Part shown: positions 1 to 8,413 of the stretch, one piece after another
How the letters are laid out: the number at the start of each line of letters is the position of its first letter
Numbering within the stretch: the first letter of the stretch is position 1
From: Oscillospiraceae bacterium
GTDB lineage: Bacteria; Bacillota; Clostridia; Oscillospirales; Ruminococcaceae
Reading direction: 5' to 3'
NCBI GenBank assembly: GCA_017483405.1
Contig: JAFUWP010000033.1
Location: 1-30,305 of the forward strand
DNA: 30,305 nt
Notes under the pieces: model-generated
What the model was told of the DNA's origin: nothing
Databases searched by the model: none
Seen by the model: only the letters and a program-made list of their open reading frames with translations
Translations under genes and position numbers: made by a program

Positions 1-345
1 ATCCTGAAACAATATCAGCCCAGAGGCATCCTCCACTGTTTCAACAGCTCCGCCGAAACGGCGAAGGAATTACTCAAGATTCCGGATTTGTATTTCAGTT
101 TCTCCGGCGTTATCACTTATTCCAACGTCCGGAAACCTCTCGAAGCCCTTCGGGTGCTCCCTCCTGAACGAATCCTCATCGAAACGGATTCCCCCTATCT
201 CGCGCCCGAACCCTTCCGCAAACGCCGCTGTGACAGCACCATGATTACCCTGACAGCCGAAAAAGCCGCGGAAATCAAACAAATCCCCGTACAGGATTTT
301 ATTACAATCTGCTGTGAAAATGCCTGCCGTATCTTCCGTATTTGA
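1..345 (+). CDS. tatD: TatD-family deoxyribonuclease, C-terminal part (5' end outside window)
   Basis: Frame is open from base 1: ILKQYQPRGILHCFNSSAETAKELL...FSFSGVITY...ILIETDSPYLAPEP. HCF and ETDSPYLAP are TatD motifs. Confidence 0.9.
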   Translation: MLKQYQPRGILHCFNSSAETAKELLKIPDLYFSFSGVITYSNVRKPLEALRVLPPERILIETDSPYLAPEPFRKRRCDSTMITLTAEKAAEIKQIPVQDFITICCENACRIFRI

Positions 346-373
346 TAATTTGCTGAAAATCTTCCGCAAACTA

Positions 374-402
374 TTGACTTTATCATTATTTTGTAATATA
401 AT
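374..402 (+). promoter_or_regulatory. sigmaA promoter for secDF
   Basis: TTGACT(374-379)-17 nt-TATAAT(397-402). Confidence 0.75.
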
Positions 403-482
403 ATTAATGATTGTCGTGAAATACGGCTGATTCTTAAAAAATTTTTTAAAAAATCCAAGTCAAAACAGGAGGTTACACAAAC

Positions 483-2801
483 GTGAACAAACGAATCGGA
501 AAACCCGTCTTTTTCGTGGCTTTTGTCCTGATTATCGCGTTCGCCCTCACAACCGTGTTCGGCGTGGCGACCTATAACGGCGACATCAAGCACACATGGG
601 TTCACAGTCTCGAAGACATCCGCCTCGGTATCGACATTCAGGGCGGCGTAGATGTGACTTTTGAACCCGATGACGGCGTAGAAGCTACAGATGAACAGAT
701 GGACGCTGCTTTGCAGGTCATCAAGCTCAGACTTACCAATCTTGGTATCAATGACAGTGAAACTTATGTGGATTATAATAATGACCGCATTATTGTCCGC
801 TTTCCGTGGCAGTCCGGCGAGGAAAATTTCGACCCTGCCGCCGCTGTCAACGAACTCGGCCAGATGTCAGAATTAACATTCCGCTATGGTTCTGATATTT
901 CCGGTGAAGTCATTCTCACCGGTTCAAGCGTGGATACCGCTACCCCAGGTTATGACCAGCAGAATGACCAGTGGGTCGTTCAGCTGAAACTCAACGATTC
1001 CGGTAAAGAAGCTTTTGCTACTGCGACTACTACGCAGGCCGCCAACAGCGGTTATATCTCTATCTGGATGGATGAAACCTGCATCTCAAACGCGACTGTC
1101 AATGAAGCCATCACCAGCGGTGAAGCTGTTATCTCCGGCAGTTTCACTTCCGAAACCGCTAAACAGCTCGCTGACCAGATTACTTCCGGCGCGTTGCCGT
1201 TCTCTCTGCATTCTACCAGCACAAAGACACTTTCTCCGACACTCGGTTCAGGTGCGCTCCGTGCGATGGTTCTCAGCGGATTAATCGCGCTTGCGTTTAT
1301 CTGCGTTTATATGCTCGTCCTGTACAGACTCCCTGGGTTTGTTGCTGTTATCGGTCTTATCGGACAGGTTGCCGGTATGCTCGCCGCCGTTTCCGGATGG
1401 TTCGGATTCCTGCCCAGCTCGACTCTCACAATCCCTGGTATCGCTGGTATTATCCTTTCTGTCGGTATGGGTGTTGACTGTAACATCATCACCGCAGAAC
1501 GTATCAAAGAAGAACTCGCAAGAGGAAAATCTGTTGAATCTTCTCTCAAAGCCGGTTATGCAAACGCATTTTCTGCTATCCTTGACGGTAACCTGACACT
1601 TGCTATCGTTGCCCTCATCCTGATGGGCGCATTCGGTACAGATAATGCGGTTACAAAACTTCTGAATGCAACTATCTTCCGTTTCTTCGGTGCTACGACA
1701 GAAGGCTTTATTTATTCTTTCGGCTTTACGCTTATCATGGGTGTTATTCTCAACTTCATCATGGGTGTGTTCGCCGCAAGACTGATGACCTTCTCTCTCG
1801 CAAAATTCAAGGCTTTCCAGAAACCGGAACTCTTTAATTATCAGAAAGACAAGTACAAAGAAGCCAGAATCTTCCATTTCAGCGAAACTAAGAAGAAATT
1901 CTTCATCATCTCCGCAGTGCTGGTTGTAGTTTCTCTCTGCACAACTTTCTTAGGTGTGGAAGTCTCCATCGACTTCAAGGGCGGTACTATCGTTTCTTAC
2001 TCCTACAGCGGCGATTTGGATGAAACTGCCTGCCAGTCCGCGATTGAAGGTATTCTCAATACTCCCGTTACTCTCCAGAAGGGTGAAAGCTTTGACGCTG
2101 ATACCAACATCCTGACAGTTTCCTTCAGCTATGATGACAGCCTGACTCTCGACCAGCAGGAATCTATGCTCAATGCGATGCTCGAAACCTATCCGAGCAA
2201 TAACATTCAGGAACTGGAAAGCAATGATGTCAGCCCGTCTTCCGGCCGCGAATTCTTCGCAAAATGTATCGTTGCCGTTATCTTCGCCGCAATCCTCCTG
2301 ATTATCTATATCGCTCTGCGATTCAAGAAAATCAGCGGCTGGTCTGCCGGTGTATTCACTATCATCACACTGTTGCATGATATTATCATCACTTACGGCA
2401 GTTTCGTGCTCTGCGGCTTTGAAATCGACTCTAACTTCATGGCTGTTGTTCTGACCATCTTCGGTTATTCTATCAATAATACCATCATTGTTTATGACAG
2501 AATCCGTGAAAATCAGAAACTTCTTGGTCAGGATACGACTATTGCAGAACTCGTCAACAAGAGCGCAAGCCAGACAATGCGCCGTTCTCTCAGAACATCT
2601 GTTACAACTGTTTCCACGATGATTATCATCAGTGTAGTGGCATCTATCTTCAATGTCAACAGCATCCTGAGCTTTTCCGTGCCGATGACATTCGGCCTGA
2701 TTGCAGGTACTTATTCTTCCCAGTGCATCGCCCCGACCCTCTGGGTTTGGTGGAATGAACGTCTTGGAAACAAAACCGTCAAGGACGTTGCTGTCAAGTA
2801 A
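483..2801 (+). CDS. secDF: Protein translocase subunit SecDF (fused SecD-SecF)
   Basis: GTG start after CAGGAGG. Motifs RLGIDIQGG, LSPTLG, GIILSVGMGVDCNI..ERIKEE (SecD) and IDFKGGT, GYSINNTIIVYDRIREN (SecF); many TM helices. Confidence 0.96.
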   Translation: MNKRIGKPVFFVAFVLIIAFALTTVFGVATYNGDIKHTWVHSLEDIRLGIDIQGGVDVTFEPDDGVEATDEQMDAALQVIKLRLTNLGINDSETYVDYNNDRIIVRFPWQSGEENFDPAAAVNELGQMSELTFRYGSDISGEVILTGSSVDTATPGYDQQNDQWVVQLKLNDSGKEAFATATTTQAANSGYISIWMDETCISNATVNEAITSGEAVISGSFTSETAKQLADQITSGALPFSLHSTSTKTLSPTLGSGALRAMVLSGLIALAFICVYMLVLYRLPGFVAVIGLIGQVAGMLAAVSGWFGFLPSSTLTIPGIAGIILSVGMGVDCNIITAERIKEELARGKSVESSLKAGYANAFSAILDGNLTLAIVALILMGAFGTDNAVTKLLNATIFRFFGATTEGFIYSFGFTLIMGVILNFIMGVFAARLMTFSLAKFKAFQKPELFNYQKDKYKEARIFHFSETKKKFFIISAVLVVVSLCTTFLGVEVSIDFKGGTIVSYSYSGDLDETACQSAIEGILNTPVTLQKGESFDADTNILTVSFSYDDSLTLDQQESMLNAMLETYPSNNIQELESNDVSPSSGREFFAKCIVAVIFAAILLIIYIALRFKKISGWSAGVFTIITLLHDIIITYGSFVLCGFEIDSNFMAVVLTIFGYSINNTIIVYDRIRENQKLLGQDTTIAELVNKSASQTMRRSLRTSVTTVSTMIIISVVASIFNVNSILSFSVPMTFGLIAGTYSSQCIAPTLWVWWNERLGNKTVKDVAVK

Positions 2802-2808
2802 AAAAACT

Positions 2809-2843
2809 ATCCGGCAGATTCAGAAATCTGCCGGATTTTTTTA
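2809..2843 (+). terminator. Intrinsic terminator after secDF (A-run upstream, so possibly bidirectional)
   Basis: ATCCGGCAGATT-caga-AATCTGCCGGAT followed by a T run. Confidence 0.85.
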
Positions 2844-2850
2844 TGCCGAA

Positions 2851-2883
2851 AAGGGCGTTCCCTTGCGCAGTGGGAACGCCCTT
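2851..2883. terminator. Second GC-rich hairpin; T-tailed on the minus strand
   Basis: AAGGGCGTTCCC-ttgcgcagt-GGGAACGCCCTT (12-bp perfect stem). Confidence 0.55.
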
Positions 2884-3079
2884 CCGGAATTTTACCTCTT
2901 TACGAAAAGCGATTAGCTCTGAAGCCTTGTTTATCCGTGGAAAATAATTCTTTCTTCTGATTTTTTGCTGAAAAAGAGATTCCTGAAATAGGGCTTCACT
3001 TATATAACAACCAACTGGGAAAAATATTGGATATTTTTTTAAAAAAATTCTCAAATTTCCAATCTTCTATCAATTACAC

Positions 3080-3108
3080 AAAAACTCCCTGAAAAATCAG
3101 GGAGTTTT
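3080..3108 (-). terminator. Intrinsic terminator of the trpS-mazG-hup-S4 operon
   Basis: AAAACTCCCTGA-aaaa-TCAGGGAGTTTT, just downstream of the S4 gene stop. Confidence 0.8.
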
Positions 3109-3116
3109 TATTCTGA

Positions 3117-3356
3117 TTATACAACTTCATACATAGTCGCCGCGTTTGCTTTGGTGGCGTTTTCTGCCAGATTCAGCACACGGACTTTCACAGCCTTTGC
3201 GCCCATCTGGATTTCAATCACATCATTGATTTTTACATCATAAGATGCACGGGCTACTTTATCATTCACAAGCACTTTTCCGGCATCACAAGCTTCATTC
3301 GCGATTGTCCGGCGTTTTATCAGCCGTGAATTTTTCAGATATTTATCCAAACGCAT
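3117..3356 (-). CDS. yabO: RNA-binding S4-domain protein (YabO/RqcP/Hsp15-like)
   Basis: MRLDKYLKNSRLIKRRTIANEACDAGKV. ATG at 3356 preceded by AGGAGA. mazG-hup-yabO synteny. Confidence 0.9.
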   Translation of the reverse strand: MRLDKYLKNSRLIKRRTIANEACDAGKVLVNDKVARASYDVKINDVIEIQMGAKAVKVRVLNLAENATKANAATMYEVV

Positions 3357-4338
3357 ATTTTCTCTCCTGTGTTTCGGAAGTTCCTTCCTGTTCATCCGCA
3401 TCCTGCACACCGAATACAGCGTTCAGACCTTCTTCCGTGATTTCGTATCTCTGGACGGATGTACTGTTTTCCAATACATCCGGTACGGTCAGCCAGCTGC
3501 TGCCGGTGTTGTTCTGTCTGTCCGGATGAATATCCAGTTCCGGTGCTTTGTCAAGGTCGATGTTCATGCCGCGTTCGGCATAGATTTCATAACTGTAATC
3601 CCGTGTCGGATAACAGTATGTTTCTTTCAGCACCAATCCTGACGGCGATGTCCGCGAATTCTCAAATTCATAAATTTCCAGATATGTCCCGTCCGCCATG
3701 ACAGAACCCTGCAATGACCCCAGACAATTATGATACGGCCGATAGTAAAAATTATAAGTATAATGACTCGGATAAAAACTGTCTACATACAGAACATTCT
3801 GATTATGATACGCATAAATCAGCACTTCCATTGTTGTCTGAATAAACAGTTCCGGTACATTATCTTCATTCAGATATAATAGCAGAAACCGCGTATCCGC
3901 TTCCTGTACATCTGCCGAAATCTGACGCTGAAAACTCTTGTTTTCCAGAAATGTCCGGTAGGCATTTTCCCATTCTTCCGGCGGAATCTCCGGTTCTTCC
4001 GTAACCGGTTCGGTCGGAGGTTCGGTTGTCGGAGGCTCAGTTTCCGGTTCGGTCGGTATGGGACGTGTTTCCGTTACGGGAACGGTTTCCGGCACTTCTG
4101 TCATCACGGCCGTTTCCGGCTGAAAGAAAAATCCCTGATATTCCGTTTCTGATTCGGTTTCGGTATCATACCAGCCGGAGCGCGTTTCTGTTTCCGTTTC
4201 CTGCTCGTTTCGTTTGGGATTGAGAATATCTTCGATAGTATCAGGCGATTCTATCTCCGTACCGCAGGCCTGACAGCACAGCAGCACACAGCAGAACAGC
4301 AGACAGCAGGAAATGGATTTTTTCAGGATATTCTTCAT
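3343..4338 (-). CDS. Putative lipoprotein with Pro/Thr/Glu-rich linker; unknown function
   Basis: Basic N-terminus, hydrophobic stretch and ..CQAC-G lipobox-like site; PETVPVTET..TEPPTTEPPTEP linker; globular C-terminal half. Confidence 0.7.
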   Translation of the reverse strand: MKNILKKSISCCLLFCCVLLCCQACGTEIESPDTIEDILNPKRNEQETETETRSGWYDTETESETEYQGFFFQPETAVMTEVPETVPVTETRPIPTEPETEPPTTEPPTEPVTEEPEIPPEEWENAYRTFLENKSFQRQISADVQEADTRFLLLYLNEDNVPELFIQTTMEVLIYAYHNQNVLYVDSFYPSHYTYNFYYRPYHNCLGSLQGSVMADGTYLEIYEFENSRTSPSGLVLKETYCYPTRDYSYEIYAERGMNIDLDKAPELDIHPDRQNNTGSSWLTVPDVLENSTSVQRYEITEEGLNAVFGVQDADEQEGTSETQERKYAFG

Positions 4339-4346
4339 GAATCAAT

Positions 4347-4634
4347 TCAGTCCTTTGTTTTCGGATTTACAGCTTCTTTCAGGCCTCTGCCTGCCTTGAA
4401 TGCCGGTGCTTTGCCTGCCGGCAGCTGAATCGGGTCACCTGTACGGGGGTTCAGACAGCGTTTTTCCTTGCGTTCTCTGACATCAAAAGTTCCGAAACCT
4501 GTCAGAACTACCTTTTCACCTTCGGCCAGAGAGGCGCAGATAGTATCAAAAATAAAATTCACATCTGCCTCAGCATCTTTTCTCTTGCGGTCACGGCTCT
4601 TAGCATACATAGCGATTAATTCAGATTTTGTCAT
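4347..4634 (-). CDS. hup: DNA-binding protein HU
   Basis: MTKSELI...GEKVVLTGFGTFDVRER..NPRTG..I..PAGKAPAFKAG..LKEAV; RBS AGGAGG. Confidence 0.96.
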   Translation of the reverse strand: MTKSELIAMYAKSRDRKRKDAEADVNFIFDTICASLAEGEKVVLTGFGTFDVRERKEKRCLNPRTGDPIQLPAGKAPAFKAGRGLKEAVNPKTKD

Positions 4635-4657
4635 GATAATTTCCTCCTGTAAGTAAA

Positions 4658-5467
4658 TCAGTTTAAATTTTCTTTTGCCTGTTTCCAGTATTCGTCAAGT
4701 TCTTCAATCGGCAGGTCAGGCATATTTCTGCCGGATTCTGTGACGAGCTGTTCTGTCTGTTCAAAACGCCGGATGAATTTTTCTGTCGCCTTTGAAAGCG
4801 TCTGTTCTGCATCCAGCCCCAGATGACGCGCGGTATTCACACATGAAAACAGCAAATCGCCGAATTCTTCTTCAATACGCTCCTGATTTCCGGATTGCAT
4901 GGCTTCGCTTAATTCATCACGTTCCGCCTGAATACAGGAAAATGCATCCTCCGCAGTACGGAAATCCATACCGGCTTTCTTCGCGCGCTTGCCGACTTTC
5001 TGTGCTCTCGACAGTGCCGGAAGTGATTTGGCTACCGCATTCAGCGTATCTGTATAAGTCTCCTGATGCTTGGTTTCCATCTTGATAGCATCCCAGTTAT
5101 TCAGAACCGTTTCGGTATCTTCGGCCTTGACATCGCCGAACACATGCGGATGACGAACTATCAGCTTTTTGCAGATTTCATCACATACAGCATTGAAATC
5201 AAAAGCTTTTTCTTCTTCGGCGAGCGTACAGTGAAATACTACCTGCAACAGCACATCGCCTAATTCTTCGCGCATCATAGCCATATCCAGCAGGTCAATC
5301 GCTTCTACAGCCTCGTAGGCTTCTTCCAGAAAATCATTCCGGATAGAAGTATGATTCTGTTCCTTATCCCACGGACAGCCGTCAGGACTTCTCAGAAGTT
5401 TCACGATTTCCTGCAAATCATGAATATCATAAAAATTTTTCTGCGTATATTCTACCATAACGCTCAC
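4658..5467 (-). CDS. mazG: Nucleoside triphosphate pyrophosphohydrolase MazG
   Basis: GCPWDKEQ, LEEAYEAVEAI, EELGDVLLQVVFH and a second EEFGDLLFS repeat. The start may be ATG 5458. Confidence 0.95.
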   Translation of the reverse strand: MSVMVEYTQKNFYDIHDLQEIVKLLRSPDGCPWDKEQNHTSIRNDFLEEAYEAVEAIDLLDMAMMREELGDVLLQVVFHCTLAEEEKAFDFNAVCDEICKKLIVRHPHVFGDVKAEDTETVLNNWDAIKMETKHQETYTDTLNAVAKSLPALSRAQKVGKRAKKAGMDFRTAEDAFSCIQAERDELSEAMQSGNQERIEEEFGDLLFSCVNTARHLGLDAEQTLSKATEKFIRRFEQTEQLVTESGRNMPDLPIEELDEYWKQAKENLN

Positions 5468-6486
5468 CTGATTTCAGAGGGAATAAAGCCGATTTTCTTA
5501 TAGACTTTATTCAGCACTCTCTGCGAATAGCGCAGAGCCTCCGCTCCGCATCTGGTATAACATTCTTTCAGATAGGCCTTATCTGCAATTAATTTTGCAT
5601 ATTCCTCACGGACAGGCGCGAGATGGTCGGCTATCGCTTCGCCGACTGCCATCTTAAACGTACCGTAGCCCTGACCGGCGAATTCCTTTACAGCATCTTC
5701 GATAGATTTTCCTGTTACGGCGGAATAAATCGTCAGCAGATTGTTAATGCCATCCTTACCCTCACGGAATGCGACTTCGGTTTCACTGTCGGTGACGGCT
5801 CTCTTGCATTTCCGGATGATGGTATCTTTATCATCAAGAATCAGAATGACAGCATTCGGATTTTCATCAGATTTGGACATTTTCTTAGTCGGTTCTTGCA
5901 GGGACATAACCTTTGCACCCACGGGGGCAACATAGCCTTCCGGCACGGTAAATGTATCACCATAACGGCCGTTGAATCTGCGTGCAATCGTCCGCGCAAG
6001 CTCCAGATGCTGCATCTGGTCTGCGCCGACTGGTACTAAATCCGCATTATAGACCAGAATATCCGCCGCCATCAGTACCGGATAATCAAACAATCCGGCA
6101 TTGATGTCATCAGGATGTCTCTGACTCTTATCCTTGAACTGCGTCATTCTCGAAAGTTCGCCGAACTGAGTCGAACAGTTCAGCACCCACGAAAGCTGGG
6201 CATGTGTCGGAACATGACTCTGAATGAATAACAAAGATTTATCCAAATCAATCCCACATGCCAGTAACTGCGCGTAGGCCTCCAGTGTCTTCTGACGGAG
6301 CTTTGCAGGGTCGATTTTTACGGTAATTGCATGTTCATCGACAACACAGTAAATACATCTGTAATCTTCCTGCAATGGTTTCCAGTTCCGGATTGCTCCG
6401 ATGTAATTCCCCAGCGTGAATGTGCCTGTCGGCTGAATTCCGCTGAATATCAGCTTTTTCTGTTCCGTGGTATTTTGTTCGCTCAT
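5464..6486 (-). CDS. trpS: Tryptophan--tRNA ligase
   Basis: FSGIQPTG..TLGNYIGA, YPVLMAADIL, VPVGADQ..HLEL, KMSKS. Confidence 0.98.
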   Translation of the reverse strand: MSEQNTTEQKKLIFSGIQPTGTFTLGNYIGAIRNWKPLQEDYRCIYCVVDEHAITVKIDPAKLRQKTLEAYAQLLACGIDLDKSLLFIQSHVPTHAQLSWVLNCSTQFGELSRMTQFKDKSQRHPDDINAGLFDYPVLMAADILVYNADLVPVGADQMQHLELARTIARRFNGRYGDTFTVPEGYVAPVGAKVMSLQEPTKKMSKSDENPNAVILILDDKDTIIRKCKRAVTDSETEVAFREGKDGINNLLTIYSAVTGKSIEDAVKEFAGQGYGTFKMAVGEAIADHLAPVREEYAKLIADKAYLKECYTRCGAEALRYSQRVLNKVYKKIGFIPSEIR

Positions 6487-7022
6487 GCCTGCTTACCGCC
6501 TTCCGGCAAGTTTTCGGCATCACGGAGCTGGGCTACTCTCAGCGCACCCATTACTTGCTGATACAGATAATAAACCACTCTTTTTTCTTTATCATCCTGC
6601 TGGATGGTTCTGGGGTCAATTTCTGCCTTGAATATGCCTCTCTTAGTCATCATGTAGATAAAATGCTTTCCGGCTACCGGCAGAGGGAACTGTGATGTTC
6701 TCTTGCATGTCTGCTTCAGAGGGGTTGCATTCACTACCAGATTTCTCGCGGCCTGTACAACAGATTTGTATTTTGTGGATGCACCTGTATATTCACTTCC
6801 GTTGTTGAAATACAGATTTGCCGCGCCGTTGATAAAGCATACCATTGTTACCATGATGGTCTGACCCATCGGAATATCAATGACAACACCATATACTTCA
6901 TCGGACTTGAACTTCATGTTCGAGAACTGTACCGGCGGAATATGCAGTGCGCTGTTGCGGGTTGCTAAATATCCAGATGTTACCGGATACGGGTCTAAGG
7001 GGGAACGTCTTACAATTGCCAT
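6483..7022 (-). CDS. Hypothetical protein (179 aa), overlaps trpS start by 4 nt
   Basis: Fills the gap between aminotransferase and trpS with an ATGA overlap and a plausible RBS (AAAGGA); no motif recognised. Confidence 0.75.
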   Translation of the reverse strand: MAIVRRSPLDPYPVTSGYLATRNSALHIPPVQFSNMKFKSDEVYGVVIDIPMGQTIMVTMVCFINGAANLYFNNGSEYTGASTKYKSVVQAARNLVVNATPLKQTCKRTSQFPLPVAGKHFIYMMTKRGIFKAEIDPRTIQQDDKEKRVVYYLYQQVMGALRVAQLRDAENLPEGGKQA

Positions 7023-7061
7023 GATAAATTTGTCCTTTCTTCAATAAAAATAATATGATTA

Positions 7062-8255
7062 TTAATCAAACATCTCTTTTGTGAGCTGTCCTAAAATTGC
7101 GATGCCTTTGTCAATCGCTTCGTCTGTCGGTGTGGAATAGTTCAGTCTGAATGAATATGTCACATCGCTCTCCGATACCATGAACGCATTGCCAGGTACA
7201 ACCGCGATTTTATATTCCTGTACTGCCTTTTTGCAGAATCCGGACATATCACTGCCTTCCGGAAGGGTACACCACAGGAACAAACCGCCTTCCGGTTTGG
7301 TATAGGCAACATTGCCGGAAAAATGTTCTGCGATGCCGTTCAGCATTCTTTCGGCCTTCTGCTTGTAGATGCCTCTGAGATTCGCAAGATGGGCATCAAA
7401 ATCCACTTTCTGCATGAACTGATATGCCAGCATCTGTCCGAAATTGTTCGTCTGTACGTCAGATACCTGCTTGCAGACTACCATTTTCGAGATGACTTCC
7501 TTCGGCGCGATGCCGTATCCTACTCGGATGCCAGGTGCAAGCACTTTCGAAAAACTTCCGGCATAAATGACTCTGCCATCGGTATCCATACTCTTGATGC
7601 TCGGTACATCTTCACCGGAAAACCGCAAATCACCATAGGGATTATCTTCAATAATCATTGTATTATATTTCTGTGCCAGTGCATATAATTCCTTACGGCG
7701 TTTGAGAGTCGTTGTCTTGCCGGTGGGGTTCTGGAAATTCAGAATCAGATAAATCAGTTTTGTATTCGGATTTTCTTTCAGAGCCTTTTCCAGAAGTTCC
7801 GGATTCATGCCCTCATCATCCAGAGGCACGCCGACCAGATTCACGTTATAGGACTTGAACGCGTTCAGCGAACCGATAAAGCTCGGTGCTTCGCAAATCA
7901 GGGTATCACCAGCGTTGCAGAGCGATTTGCAGGCAAGCTCCATCACCTGCTGTGCGCCGGATGTGATAATCAGTTCTTCACTGTCTGCCTTGAAATTGCC
8001 CTGTGCGGTCATGCGCTCTTTCATCAGATTTCTTAAAGGCAGATACCCTTCTGTAATTCCATACTGTAATACAGAAATCGGGTCATTCTGAAACAGTTCC
8101 GATGCGATTTCACGCACTTTCTCTACCGGAAATGCTTCCGGTGCGGGATTTCCTGCCGCAAAGGAAATCACATCAGGTTCAGATGTAAATTTCAGAATCT
8201 CACGAATGGCAGATGCCTGCAAGTGAGAAACTTTTTCGGAAAATTGATAATTCAT
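7062..8255 (-). CDS. PLP-dependent class I/II aminotransferase (LysN/Aro8-like, no wHTH)
   Basis: ISFAAGNP, QYGITEG, ITSGAQQ, NFQNPTG, IIEDNPYG, GSFSKVLAPGIRVG (PLP lysine). ATG 8255 with AAGGTG RBS. Confidence 0.9.
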   Translation of the reverse strand: MNYQFSEKVSHLQASAIREILKFTSEPDVISFAAGNPAPEAFPVEKVREIASELFQNDPISVLQYGITEGYLPLRNLMKERMTAQGNFKADSEELIITSGAQQVMELACKSLCNAGDTLICEAPSFIGSLNAFKSYNVNLVGVPLDDEGMNPELLEKALKENPNTKLIYLILNFQNPTGKTTTLKRRKELYALAQKYNTMIIEDNPYGDLRFSGEDVPSIKSMDTDGRVIYAGSFSKVLAPGIRVGYGIAPKEVISKMVVCKQVSDVQTNNFGQMLAYQFMQKVDFDAHLANLRGIYKQKAERMLNGIAEHFSGNVAYTKPEGGLFLWCTLPEGSDMSGFCKKAVQEYKIAVVPGNAFMVSESDVTYSFRLNYSTPTDEAIDKGIAILGQLTKEMFD

Positions 8256-8314
8256 AATTGTTTTTTTCACCTTTGCATTTCAGATTCTCTGTCTGGTTAC
8301 AGAGTGCTGTTATT

Positions 8315-8343
8315 ATTATAGCACAAAATTTTGATTTCGGCAA
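8315..8343 (-). promoter_or_regulatory. sigmaA promoter (extended -10) for the aminotransferase-trpS operon
   Basis: Minus strand TTGCCG-17 nt-TATAAT with TGc before the -10. Confidence 0.7.
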
Positions 8344-8413
8344 TAGCATTTTCAAAAAAAATCCTTGTATTCCGTGAATTTTTTTTGGAAATTCTTCTGA
8401 AAGGAGTCTGCTT

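Noticed and set aside
2887-3050. 6S RNA assignment
   Set aside because: The size is compatible, but the closing stem is weak and I found no promoter. It cannot be called without a covariance-model search.
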